In this document: positions 27,127 to 41,340 of the stretch, in pieces
How the letters are laid out: every line of letters starts with the position of its first letter
How positions within the stretch are numbered: position 1 is the stretch's first letter
Assembly: GCF_009914755.1 (NCBI RefSeq)
Contig: NC_060942.1
Reading direction: 5' to 3' (one strand)
DNA: 64,000 nucleotides
Origin: the human T2T-CHM13v2.0 reference genome, Homo sapiens
Position numbers and translations under genes: made by a program
Notes under the pieces: model-generated
Told to the model about the DNA's origin: nothing
Database searches by the model: none
Seen by the model: only the letters and a program-made list of their open reading frames with translations

Positions 27127-28217
27127 CTTAGGGATGCTTTGAGAAGCTTTCCCTTTATAAGAACTGACATACCACATGCACTGAATTCTAAGTTCCTATT
27201 TGTGGTCACCTATTTCTGAAATTTGTGTTCTGTTCCATTGACCTTTCTGTCTGTTGTGGTCTTAGTACCACAATGATTCAATCATTATAGCTTTAAAATA
27301 CATTTAGTATCTGGAAGGACAAATACTACTATTTTCCACAGTGCTGGTTATTCCAGATGAATTAAAAAACAAAAAACAAAAAACACCCCCTCCCAACAGT
27401 CCTCCAGTGATATCTCCTCCTTCCATTCAGTTCTTATATTGTTAAACTCTTATCATTGTCTTCATCTATGTCCGATTCATTTCCAGTCTTCATAACTCTA
27501 GGTATTTGATATTTTTGTTTTTTATGTACTGTATGTGTGAAATTTTATGTTTTTAAAAATTATTTATCACAGATGTTTTATCACCACTTAGAATTATCAC
27601 AAAACTCTTGCACCAAAAACTAAGTTAAAAAGAGCGGTTACAAACCAATTCCAACAAGAATAATGGCTGGATCGTTCTACGTTTGTTATCATCCTTCCAA
27701 CAATTCTCAGTTTTTTCCACCTAGAAATTGATTGTGTTTATTTTCTTTAAATTTTCTGTTTTATAAGAAGAAAAGTATGGGTCATTGTATTGAAAAGTGA
27801 GTTCTTGAATCCCAAAGTTTTATAATACCAATAAAAGCATGAATGTATTTGTCTACCACGAATCGCCATATACAAACAGGTATAAATAAGGCATTTCTAA
27901 TATGTTTTTTATACCGTATAATATGAAAATAATCTTGGCCCCAAATAAGCACCAGTCTTTGAATTACTTGTATTTTTCCATCTACATGACAGCTATGTAA
28001 CACTTGTATGTTTCCCTCTTGGCTGTGACTGAAGAAGCAATGAGCCAAGTTCTGTGTCTTCACAGTTCCTTAATTAAGACCCACAACTGTTTTACATTCT
28101 CCTTCCCTCTCCTATTTGATATTTTTATTGCACTAATAATTCGTGAATATCTGATCATTTTAAAAAATTCAAACAAAAGTATTTTCAATAAAAAGTAGGC
28201 CCCCTTTCTTTCTAAAC

Positions 28218-29550
<1,333 letters not shown>

Positions 29551-30409
29551 ACTATAGCAAAACTCCACCTTAACACAGACAGTAGAGATACAGGAAGTTC
29601 TATTACATAAAATATGGAGTTATGAATTACAAGATTAATGAAAGCAGTGTTTGAGTTTTCGTTTTGGTTTGGATTTGGTCAGCCTTCCAGGACCTGTCTG
29701 GAATGAAAAGGGAGGAATAAAAACTTATTTTCGTTTATTTGACATGTAAGGAAAAGAATGATTATTGCAAAGAAAACACACAATGCACACTGAAATAAGA
29801 AAGTCTCAACTGAAAGGAGGAGTCACTTCCTACCTCAGTCCCTTGCCAAAAAAGATAAAAATTTCTGCCTTTCAGCCACCCTCTTCTAAAAATAAGGTCT
29901 GGGTAGAAGACTAGGACCACTTGCTAATCACATCATATCCAAATAACCTGCAGGATCTTGCTATATGTTTGTTTCACTCTCTTTTATTATAAGCCACCTC
30001 CAATCATCTTATATATAGTTCAAGTAGACACAGTACCACCTGACTTTGTAACTGCATTCACAAGACATTCTATGTGAACAATGCCCCTGCAGCATAAAAC
30101 AGCATCCTCGGGGTTTGTAGGTCCCCATTGTGGTAAGGTGTTTATTGGGTAGAGACAGATGCATTATTTGCATGGTGCCTTGGAAAAGCATCATGCGTGA
30201 GGCAAAAGAACTGAGTACTGATCCTGGCCCTGCTTCAGCAGGCATCTGACTACAGGGAAGCCATTTAAGCCATAGAGGCCTTGCTTTCCAAGGCAGTAAA
30301 ACCAGGAATTTGGACTCATCGATACAATGATTTCTGAAGTCACTTCCAGCTCATAAATTCTATGATTTCTATTTTTAAGGTATGAACATTTTACTAAATG
30401 GTATGACAG

Positions 30410-30620
30410 GCATTCTATAAAATACCTACCCAGTACTCTTCAAAAGTGTCAATATCATGAAAGACAAGGAAAATTGAAGAAATTGTCACAGATTAGAGGA
30501 GACTAAAGAGCTGGGACAACTAAATACAATGTAGGATCCTGGATTGAATCTTGGAATAGTAAACAGATATTAGTGAGAAAATTGGGGAAATCCAAATAAA
30601 GTCTGTAGTTTAGTTAATTA
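30410..30620 (+). mobile_element. L1MC/L1ME 3' fragment
   Basis: cagtactcttcaaaagtgtcaa...gacaactaaatacaatgtaggatcctggattg. Confidence 0.7.
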
Positions 30621-30751
30621 AAACATACAATTGATGGGTAAAATTTTTAATAGACCAGTTTGTAAGACAAAAGATTCCGGAGCCATTAATGAAATTATTT
30701 TTTGGAAAAGAGGGCAGCTCTTCTTTTTTAATATGAATATGCAAATTTAAA

Positions 30752-30981
30752 TAACCTTAAGGAGGCACAAATTTTGAGTCATTTATTCTATGTTTTGGGT
30801 TTCTTCAATATGGCTATTTATAAAACCACTGGAAGGTCATATTCTCCTAACAATATTTTTGACTACTAACCTTAAGGAGGCACAAATTTTGAGTCATTTA
30901 TTCTATGTTTTGGGTTTCTTCAATATGGCTATTTATAAAACCACTGGAAGGTCATATTCTCCTAACAATATTTTTGACTAC
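30752..30981. repeat. Perfect 115-bp tandem duplication (30752-30866, 30867-30981)
   Basis: Direct base-by-base comparison: taaccttaaggaggc...tttttgactac twice, no mismatch seen. Confidence 0.95.
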
Positions 30982-31973
30982 ATAATCATCTTCTAAGAGA
31001 TTCTACAAGTTTAAAATTATTTGCCAGATGTGGGAATATAAAGATATGAGAACTCAAGTTGGAGAAGCAAGCAAAAGAACATGATTTATCATAAAGAGTG
31101 AACCTTATAATTCTGTCCTAAATGACATCAAAATGATGAACTTTCAATTTTATGTCAAATTAATATTTGTTATCTAAATTGTATAGGTAACAGCATCTTC
31201 ACGTTGAGCATTGCTTTTGTAAAGAACTTTTCATAAATTACTGGAAAACGTTTAAATAGAGACATTTAAGTTTAAATCCTGGACCCCCTTCACTGTAGAA
31301 TTTACCCTACAGAGTTCTAAAAAATGAACTCTCATAACCCTATCATTTAACAAGCTTCACCGTTTGGGGTGGCCCCATTCCACAGTCTATTGCTAACCTC
31401 AATCCTCTAGCCTATGGTTTGGGTGCCCCCATTCCTTTCTTTGCTCCTAGGTGGGTATAGAAACCAAGTGGCTGCTACATAATAAACTTCAATGTATTTG
31501 AAGTAGTAGGCTTGAATTTTTTCTTTCCTTCTTTCAGTTATCAAATGCAAAGCGTGACCTGGCCTGGATATTCTATGTTCTCTACATGATTTGGGAGTTA
31601 CCCCTCTGAGGTTTTCCCATACCTAGGATTGTCTCTTTTTTTGTCATTGTTCCTGGGTAAGACCACAAGATGATGTACTTTTTATATTTGGCAGTTAAAA
31701 CCTACAAACCAAATCTCCCTCCAATGCTTAAAGGACTTCTAATCTTAATAGAGCTGCTTTTATGTTTAAAAATTAAAACTATGCATGGTTAAACAGATAA
31801 TATAATTACATAACTTTGTAAAAACAAACAAAAAGTTTGGAGAAAGATGTATTGGGAGCAAAACATTTTTAGCCACAAAAACCTAGTTTTGGATGGGAGA
31901 CATTTTGCAATGAAACACTTTATCTTAAAAAAAAAACAAAAAACACAAAAAAAGACTTCTTGATTAATGAGTC

Positions 31974-32318
31974 TGTCTCAGGCAGTTCAGGCTTCTAACA
32001 GAATACCATAGATTAAGTGGCTGAAACAACAAACATTTATTTCTCACAGTTCTGAAAACTGGGAAATCCAAGATCAAGGTGCTGGCAGATCTGGTGTCTG
32101 GTGAGGGTTCTCTTCCTGGTGTGCAGGTGGTTGTCTCTTGGTTGTATCCTCAAATGGTTGAGACAGAAATCATCTCCCTTGTATCTCCTTTCATTAGGCC
32201 ACTAATCTCATTTCTTAAGGCTCCACCTTTATGACCTAAGTACCTCCCAAAGGCCCCACCTTCTAGGGAGTTAGAATTGCATATGAATTTTAGGGCAGAG
32301 ACAAACATTCAGTGCATG
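31974..32318 (-). mobile_element. MLT1A-like MaLR LTR
   Basis: acaacaaacatttatttctcacagttctg...tccaagatcaaggtgctggcagat...acaaacattcag. Confidence 0.85.
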
Positions 32319-32585
32319 AATGCATTTCTGGTAGAACTTTTTCCAGTCAGAAACCTTCTAAATAGACCTTGTGTTCTGCTTGAAACCTCTGTTTTTTCTT
32401 CCATTGTAGAGCATCATGTGTGTTTGATGCATTCCCTGATTCTGAAAAGAGGTAGTAATCTCTGATTTCTCACTCATTCCTCAGTGGTTGTCTAATTATA
32501 GTTTAATAAAATGAGCTCTGGGATGTGAATCTAGAACACCTGGTCTGAATAGCTTAATCTCTCTTAATAATTACAGTCATACCCA

Positions 32586-32795
32586 GCATTTATTTAGCAC
32601 TTAAGAGTTTTGCCAAATGCTGTTCAAAGTGCTTGTTGTACTATCTCATTTAATGCTAACAACCACCCTAAAAGTCAGGTATTCTTATTATCATTCTCAT
32701 TTTCCTCATAGATGAGGAAACTGAGGCATAGAAAAGTTAAATTACTTGCCCAGAATATCCTGGTGGCAGAGGCACTCCCTACTTAACCACCATGA
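32586..32795 (-). mobile_element. MIR
   Basis: atagatgaggaaactgaggcatagaaaagttaaattacttgccca. Confidence 0.85.
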
Positions 32796-34851
32796 ATATG
32801 ACTACTTCTTCCTAGCTGGGTAATTTTCTCCAAGAAATTCAATGCCAGGTCTGTTTCCTCATTTGCCTTTTGACTGGATGACACTGGTATGAATGCCTGT
32901 TCCTTCTACTTCTCAGACTTGTTGGAAGGATCAAATATGATGGAAGGATAAAATAATATGTTTGGAGGTTTTCCCTATCATTGGTGTTATTTTTTTTAAA
33001 TATAAAATACGTAAAATACGTGGCAAGATCTTAGCTCTTTGGGAATTGAGGAAAACCAAAACTTAAAACAGAGAAAGCTGAGAATTCTCCAGCCTCTACC
33101 CCACCCCGTTTTCCATCCAGGCAATCCATAGCTGGCTGTGTCCCAGTTGACCTCACACAGCTGCTACCCTCTTATGTCCTAATTTTAAAATGTAGATTAT
33201 CAGTGAATAATCTGGGTTATCAATCAACTCCTTTTATGAGTAAAGGAGCTAGTCTTCCTTCAAACACTCTTAAATAAGACCCATCTACAGCATAATGTGT
33301 GTGTTTAAACAAACATGACTGTCTTTCTGATCATGGCATTTCCTCTTCATCCTGCCCCTTCTCTCCAGCTCTGCTTCTCTTTTGTTGTCTGCCTGAGTCT
33401 TGCTATGAGACCTTCTCCATCTGGTTGCCTTCTCATTCCCTACAACCTCCTTCCTGTGTCCCTCCATCCTCTTATTTTACTGTAAGTGATAATATTGAAA
33501 CATTCTGTAGTATTTATTCTATTTCAGAATAGGGTCTTCCTTACTGAAGAGGAATAGTGGAACATTCTAAAAATCCTGTTCTAAAAAGAACTCCAAAACA
33601 CCAAAAGTTGTTAATGATGTATTTGGCCCTCAATCATAATTTATTAGGCCCATTCTTTGCCATATTTGGGGGAAAGCAGGGTCAGGAAAGTTGCCCATCA
33701 AAAAGGCATCTTGGAAAATATCTCTTCCCACACGAGACCACCACAGCCCTCTCCCTTCCAGAGCCAAGCAGCTGGGTCTGAGTTCTGCCAGACAATTGGC
33801 AAGCAATTGTTCTCCACAAACCCCTTTGATTCTGTAGGCAGCAATAGAGCCTCCCTCAGGGTTGGGGAATCAGGCTTAAGGCTTATGATGTGTATAACCT
33901 GTGACTCCTTCAGGATCTGAACAGACGCTAAAGGGCCCTATAGGCAGCAATTTAACTTGAAGCTAGATTGCACATAAGCATCTGAAAGCAGAAATCAGCC
34001 CTGCAATTGCATGTGAATTAATGAAGGCAAATTAGCCCAGGATTTGTGTTTGTTGTGTGGGAAGGTGATGGCAGAGTAAATCTTCCAAATTTAAGTATAT
34101 TTTATGTTAATTGCATAAAGTAGCATAGATTTGTTGCTTTAAATCTCATCCATGGGGAGCTGGAGTTGGCTTGTTGATTTCTTTTATTATCCACTAAAAT
34201 GACTGCAGTCCTTGTTTGTATTTACTTGAGAAGCACAGATCTATTTCTGAACAGCTTTACAACTTTAAGTGTGTTAAGAAACTTCTTTTTAATACCATCT
34301 AGTTAATCGTACAGTAATAGCTCCTAAGTGGAACATTATATCTATCAGTCTTAAGTGCTGCTGTGGATATAATAGCTTTGGTCGTATTATTATCATCTTT
34401 TTTATTTAAAGCTTTTGAAAAGCTGAAAATTAAATATGTCTCAATTTGCTATCATTGTGGCTATTACTTACCTTAGTGCTAAGTACATAGTAAGGACACT
34501 CTATCACCTCTGGTAAAATTATATTCTGAATTTTTTGATGATGGGATATAGGTTCAATGTAGATAAGCCTCTTCCCTTGTTTTCTCACACTCACCTCAAT
34601 TAAAAATGTTTGTTCTGCAATGGCAAGTTTCTATAAACACTGATTTTTAAAATACCAGTTAGTGCATCTCGTGGGGAGAGATTTGGGATGAAGGGGGAAG
34701 AGGAAGTGGTGGAATGACATCCATGTGTGGTAGATACTAATGCTAAGTCCTATATGCACACCACCATACTAAGCCCAGAAATGGCCAGGTGTTGGGAGAA
34801 AGTCTGGACCCAAAAAGTTGACCTAAACTAGATGTTCTCAAAGTGTGCCAC

Positions 34852-35020
34852 TCCTTGCTACTCAAGATGTGGTCCACCAACTAGCAGTTGTTGGTACCAC
34901 CTAGGAGCTTTTCAGAAATGCAAAAGCTCAGGCCCCACCCCGGGGTGACCTCAGAAAAATCTGCAGGCTGACACGACCCTCAGAGGATTCCTATGCACTT
35001 TCAAGTCCGAGAAACCCTGT
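34852..35020. mobile_element. MER5A hAT-Charlie MITE
   Basis: gctactcaagatgtggtcc...agaaatgcaaaagctcaggccccacccc...gagaaaccctg. Confidence 0.7.
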
Positions 35021-36863
35021 CTACACCACTCCAGGAGCCTTCCCTGGGAAGATGGAAAAGTGTTGTTCCCCTCTGCCTAACCTCAGGTTATTAACTAGGA
35101 ATACTCTAATCATTCCTCTTAGGAGAGAATGGTGCTATACTGACAACTGAGAGTGAAAGGCTGTAACTCTTCAAAAATTTAAATCAGGCATCGAGATTTG
35201 GTGTCTGGGGAAGGAGAGACAGGGAAGAGGGAAAGTGTCCCATACTCAATTCCAACCAACTGTTGAAAAGAAAAGCTCTTGTTGGAACAATTTGACCTTC
35301 TTCTCTGTGTGATGTTATTGGATTTGAGTTCCTTTCTTCTAGAGGAGGACACACTGGTTTTAAAAACAAACAAAAAAAAATGACCTAAATTCAGTATTCC
35401 ATCCAGATGCTTTCAATTTGGCAGGCGGGAAGCAAGTTTTGCATAGAGACTGAGCTCACTGAAAGGGATTAGAATTTTCAGTTTAAAATTCCAAAGGCAT
35501 TTTAAAGTCAAGAAACTGTTTAGGGGGGAAAAAATAAATACAAGTGACCTTGATATGATTCTGCAATGATATTCACATCTCAGAGCCATCTTGGAATGAA
35601 CTCCTTTGGGTACATTTGCATTTAGTCTTCCTGGCATTGAATTCAAAACAACAGACTTTATGATAAATTTCACTTAGGCAAATGACAAAAAAGTAAGAAG
35701 CTGAGTAAGATCCAAAACACATCTAATTTAACAGGAGGAGCAGCTCACAGAAGCCTTATGCAGGGCAGGGAGGCAATAGCATAAACAGGCAACCACCACT
35801 ACAAAGGCTGTACTTACTCAGCTAATCACATCTCAGAATTGTGTGTCGTCTTTGCTGTTTAAAACAGTCCTGGAAGTCATACGCATGACAGACACCCATG
35901 GGAGTTACTAGGGTAGCACCACCATCTTTCCCTGAAGGTAATTTGCAGGATCAGATGGACTCTGGTCTCAAAATAAATTTGAGACTTTTGATATCCCTTG
36001 ACCATATGGTTTATTTATTGCATAAGCTGTTTTGCAGAGGCTTTTTACTTAGCCATTTGTGATTTTCTCTTCTTTTTGCCATTGTTTTCAATAATTAGAT
36101 GTCCTAGACACAAATAGTGACTGTCAGGCAATATTTAAAAACTTTCTTAAAAGTATTTATTTTGAAGTAATTTTTTGATTTAGGAGTAAATATATCTTTT
36201 GGTATTTTTAAGTCAGAATCTTATTTAGAATATCTCAGGTAATAAGTACTAAAGAATTATATGACATTGTTATTTATATTTTCTGTTCACTAACGGTAAT
36301 ACATTAATTTTTTAGTTTTAAAAGGAAAATAGCAATTTTGCATTTTGTGAAAAGGTAAATTTGAGTCATCACATATATAAATGTTACATACGTGGCCTAT
36401 ACAAGTAGGGTATTTGAATTTAATATTAATTGGGAAAATATTTTGGATTTTTATTACTCACGAGTATTCTATCTCAAACAGTATATAAAACTACAGAACT
36501 CATTCAAAATCGGATCAAAATGATTACTAACTATAGAAAAATAATTATTCATGGTGTATTAGTTCCCTAAGTTGACGTAACAAAGTACCACAAGCTGGGT
36601 GACTTAAAAAAAAAAAAAAAAAAAACCAGAAATTTATTTTCTCAGTTCTGGAAGGTAGAAGTTTAAAATTAAGATGTTGGGAGGACCATGCTCCCTCCAC
36701 AGCCACTAGGGGAGGAGCTGCCTTGGCTCCTCCGGCTTCTCATGGCCCCAGGCATCCCTTGGTGTGTAGCATCATGAGCCCAAACCCTGTCTCTCCCATC
36801 TTCTCATGACCTCCTTCCCTGTGTGTCTGTCTGCTCCTATTCTTAGAAGGACATCAGTCATAT

Positions 36864-37664
36864 TGTTACCAGTGGAGGGTGTCCAGGTTCTTGGCATTTT
36901 GAACAAATAATTGGACAAAATGCACAAACAAAGCGAGGAAAGAATGAAGCAACAAAGCAGAGGTTTATTGAAAATGAAAGTACACTCCACAGGGTGGGAG
37001 CAGGCCAAGTAGAGGGGCTCAAGAGCCCTGTTACAGAATTTTCTGGGGTCCAAATATCCTCTAGAGGTTTCCCATTGGCCATTTGGTATACACCCCTTGC
37101 AAATGAAGTAGTGGCCCTCAATCAGACGCTGAAGTGAAGTTATAAAGGTTACACTCCTATGCGAACGTCTGATTGGTTGCTTTCCACAACCAATCAGAGG
37201 CTAAATAGTTACGAAGTTGCACTCCTATGCAAACGAAGACTTGGCCCGCATTCAGAGGCTGCAGTGAAGTTACAAAGTTACACTCCTATGCAATTGGTTT
37301 GCATAGGAGTACCAATCAGAGGTACTCTCAATCTTCCATCTGCTAGGCAAAAAGGGGAGGGGAGTGCAAAGGAAGCAGCCTCTGGTCCTTTTGTTACTTA
37401 GGCGTGAAAAGTTGGGGTTTTCCTTTTCCTTCTGATTGCTAAGACAGTAAATTTCAAATGTTCTCACCATTAAAAAGAAGAAGACTGTGAGGTGATGGAT
37501 ATATTAATTAGCTTGCTTTAGTCATTTCACAATGTATACATATATCAAAACATCACCTTGTACCCCATAAATATATTACAATTATAATTTGTCAGTTAAA
37601 AATAAGGAAGTCAGCATGAATCGGCCTTAGGTTCTCTGCCTTCAGACCCTATTCTCCTGCCTCA
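36864..37664 (-). mobile_element. MER51A/B ERV1 solo LTR
   Basis: tgttaccagtggagggtgtccaggttcttggc...ccctattctcctgcctca; 4-bp TSD ATAT (36860-36863, 37665-37668); repeated ccaatcaga boxes. Confidence 0.85.
37435..37605 (+). mobile_element. L1MA-like 3' UTR fragment embedded in MER51
   Basis: attgctaagacagta...tgttctcacca...gtgaggtgatggatatattaattagcttg...ttgtcagttaaaaataa. Confidence 0.8.
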
Positions 37665-37990
37665 ATATTGGGTTAAGGACCCATTCTAACAGCCTCATCT
37701 TAACATGATTATATCTGCAAAGACCCTATTTCCAAATAAGGCCACAGTCATAGGTACTAGAGGTAAGGACTTCAACATATCTTCTAGGAGGGACACAATT
37801 CAACCAATCACATATGGCTAGCATTTTCTCAGTGATGGAATATAGCCAGTAACTTTACCAAAATGACATATTATCCTCTCTGCTCCAAAAATTGAAATAA
37901 TTTTTTTTCACTTCACCAAAAGGAAACAGAAATCAAACAATAGTTGTTAATGTAAGATGCCTGACTAGTATCCAATAATGAATATCTTAC

Positions 37991-38011
37991 AAAAAAAAAA
38001 GGGGGGGGGGG
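37991..38011. repeat. A10G11 compound homopolymer
   Basis: Direct. Confidence 0.9.
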
Positions 38012-39239
38012 CATCTAGGGCATGTCAATGGTGGCAGCACCAATAATAAGGGCTAATAACTCAAGATCCTTGAAGTTTTCTGGTAACACACCTGCCTGGA
38101 TGGCATAGAGTTCAAGAAAACAAAGTTCAAAAGGTTCCTCAGGGGAAGAGATAAAAGCCTTAGTGCCTAAAGTCATTTGCTCCACAAATATAAATAATTT
38201 AGCATGGCAATTATTCTTTGATAGCAGTTGAATGTCTAGAAAGCGTAATTCACACTAAGTTATATACCATTCAGGATTCAACATATTGTAGTAAACAACT
38301 TCTTGTTATTGCAATTGTGTGTTTTTATCTAAATACCTCACTTTCTTACCCGACTTAATTGTCTTCCTGGACTTAGAATTTCCCATCTCTCCCTTGGAGT
38401 ACCATTTCAAGGGCCCTTTCTGTTGTCTCTTTTCCCTTTTCCCCTCTGGGATCCTTCTCGCTTCCTTGTAGGCACCTTCATGAGTGCTCTCAGCACTGTT
38501 CTCCTATCCTTGCTTCTTCTAATCTCAGCCCCAGCTCCTCACCCCATCCCGGTATCATCCTCAAGAGAATCAATGGCTGATAGACTCTCAACTACCTCCC
38601 TCATCCTCCCAGAGCTTTTCCTTGGTGGTCTGTGTGAATCTCTAAATCAAGGAATGTTAACCTGAAGTGTAAATATTGGTACATTTTTCTGAAGAGTGTA
38701 GTCAAGATTGTTGTCAGACTTTCAAAGAATTCCCTAATCCCAAAAGATGAAAGAGCCAGACTCTAAATAGTGAAATGCTATTGTCAATGAACATGTTTGG
38801 AAGGGCATAAGAGGGGTGAAGGTGGTGGGGCCTTCTCTGAAACACACCCTTTGGCTTCCTTCTCTTCTCTTTGGGAGGCTGTGCGTTGGGGGAGAAAGAG
38901 GAGAGTAGTGCTGGGGGCTGCAGTGAGTCTCCTGTTCACATTCTCCTCAAAAACCATTGACTTACTCTGAGTTCTGCTTCCTGGTTTTCAAGCAGAAATC
39001 CCATCTGAAGGTAGGTTCGGTCAACTCCCAACTCTGGGCACTGTGTCCTCACTCTGTCCAGGGGTGACGAAGATTCCAGGGCTCAGGAAGCACACATTCC
39101 TAAACCAAGGAGATGTGACAGATGCCTGGACCAATGGGAAAATATGTGCCCCTGACAAGGAAAAGAGAATTCTGCATCTTTAGAAGGGCCCAGAAGTATC
39201 ATTTCTCCCTCCTCTGCCCACACCGAGCCTGGAAACACC

Positions 39240-39340
39240 TTGTTAGCTATCCATTAAATGAGATAACATATGTAAAGCACCCAGCATGGAGCCCGGCAGA
39301 TATTAGGGATTCAATAAATATTAGTTACCTTCCCTATTAA
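39240..39340 (+). mobile_element. MIR 3' fragment
   Basis: attaaatgagataacatatgtaaagcac...tcaataaatattag. Confidence 0.7.
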
Positions 39341-41136
39341 AAGTAACACCAGCTACAGTGTTTATGTGATTCGCTTGCTATTATTACTATATAGCACAGT
39401 AAGAAGTGTGTGCATAATTAAATATGTACCACTATGGTAATTCTGTTTTAAAATTTTATTGATAACATCATTATATGCTTTATGTAAGCTCAGAGTTTTT
39501 GTGCTTATCTGGCATGTTTATGCTTCTAACTTTCAAAAAAAATCAAGGTCACAGCTGAGGGAAAAAGAGTTTGGTGGTTTAGCAAGGTGTTAAAAAAAAA
39601 AAAGTTAACATATTGCACAATTCTTATTATTTTTCCTGTCCAAACCTAGTCTCACCCCTTCCCACTGATTTCTCCACCAACCCACTGTCCTCTCGGCCCA
39701 TCACACAACACTCCCTCCCTTTGTCTCCATTAAAAAAATTGGTAGATAAGCTAAAAAACTTCACATGTCACTGCTAGCAAAGACCAGGCTATGTCCAGGA
39801 ATATCCCCTCCCATCTGTTTTCTGGATGCTTTGATTCACTGCACTGGTCAACTTAGAGTATGGGAACCCCAGCAGGGTAGAGCTTGCTGCAGGAGCTGAC
39901 AGTTCCCTGCCAAAACTATCCTCACTACAGAATCACTGATCAAAACACTGGCTAGAAGTGAATGTGGGCTGTGACTCAAAGCCACAGGGGACTGAAAGCA
40001 ACCACACCCATTTATCAATATCTAGGACTAGGAGGAAACATTAGCATCACAGTGAATAATAGCCAGACCTCTCAGACTTGAAAGCAGACATTAATGAACC
40101 AAGCCCAGAGCTGACGTTGAAGTCAAGGTTGTGGCAAAACCAGTTAGAATCCTCCATCATGGTCTAGATGTGAATGATTAGTACTAAAATAAAATGTAGG
40201 AAGCCACTGGACATATTTAGAAAATCCTCAACAGGGTCTGTCAATGTTTAACAATAATCTTGACTCATAACTTCAGGAAATGACACTATCCACAAATGGA
40301 ATCAATCATTTCAAAATAAGCCTTGTAATATCAAACAACTTCAGCTCCCAAGTAAACCCTCAGGAGTATTTTAAACATGCTCTTCACAGAGCTCACTAGA
40401 AATAAACCAGTTGGCCTGGCTGCCCAAGAATATGCCCTAGATATTGTTTTCAATTGAAATTGAAAATAGGGTCACTGTCTGCAGGAACTGGAACACCTTA
40501 CTTTCTACACATATACCCCTACAGCTGCTAAAAAGAAAACCAAAAAAAAGCAAAGAACAGCACCAAATCTATTAACTCTAGTCATTCTCCAGCCCCCTAG
40601 CCTCTCTCAATCATAACTTTGGATCTGATAGTTACAATTGTCATTTTTTACAAAGAATGGCATGTTGGCTCATCTTCTAACTGCATGGACCTTTTGCTAG
40701 TAGCACACATACTTCCCATTGTACTAAATAAAATAAAATAGAAGTAGCAATAAGAATCTCAGAGTTTTTAGAGTTACCAGATTTGCAAAACTGAATTGAC
40801 ACTTTGATCTCCAAAACATTTTTAAATTTTGATAGCTTGGAAATAAATTAACTCTCAGAAAGAATTACATGGGGAAAAAAAAAAAAAGAACTACGTGGGT
40901 TGGAATTTTGTTTTCAAATCAAGTGAATTGTAATGGTCCATTTTGAAAATTAACATTGAAATGAAGCAAGAAGGTCAACAGCATAGAGGATCAAAGCATC
41001 CAGAAAACACAGGGAAAGGAATATTTATGCATTTCTAATTCTATTTCTAATTCTACAGAGAAACTTAGTGACCCACCAAGATATGGAATCTGCTCTGGGA
41101 AGGAGGTATACTAGTCACATAAACAATATAAGGCTC

Positions 41137-41340
41137 CGACCTGGGCAACCTGGAGGAACCATGTCTCTAAAAAAAAAATTTACAAATTAGCCAGGCATGG
41201 TGATATAGGCCCGTAGTCTCAGCTACTCAAGAGGCTGAGGTGGGAGGATGACTTGAGCCCAGGTGGTTGAGGCTGCAGTGAGCCATGATTGTGCCACTGC
41301 ACTCCAGCCTAGGCAATAAGGCAAGACCTTGTCACTTAAA
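41137..41340 (+). mobile_element. AluJ, 5'-truncated; tail replaced by TA-rich sequence
   Basis: ctgaggtgggaggatgacttgagcccagg...gaggctgcagtgagccatgatt. Confidence 0.9.

Larger units (their letters stand above)
36555..37812 (-). mobile_element. MLT1B/C MaLR LTR split by a MER51A insertion (pieces 36555-36863 and 37665-37812)
   Basis: tgtattagttccc...aaggacatcagtcatat | attgggttaaggaccc...aattcaaccaatcaca; 5-bp TSD catgg/tatgg. Confidence 0.85.

Noticed and set aside
30790-30996. ORF with internally similar sequence; resemblance to a CRISPR or repeat array
   Set aside because: Explained by the two-copy 115-bp duplication; no spacers, and eukaryotic context
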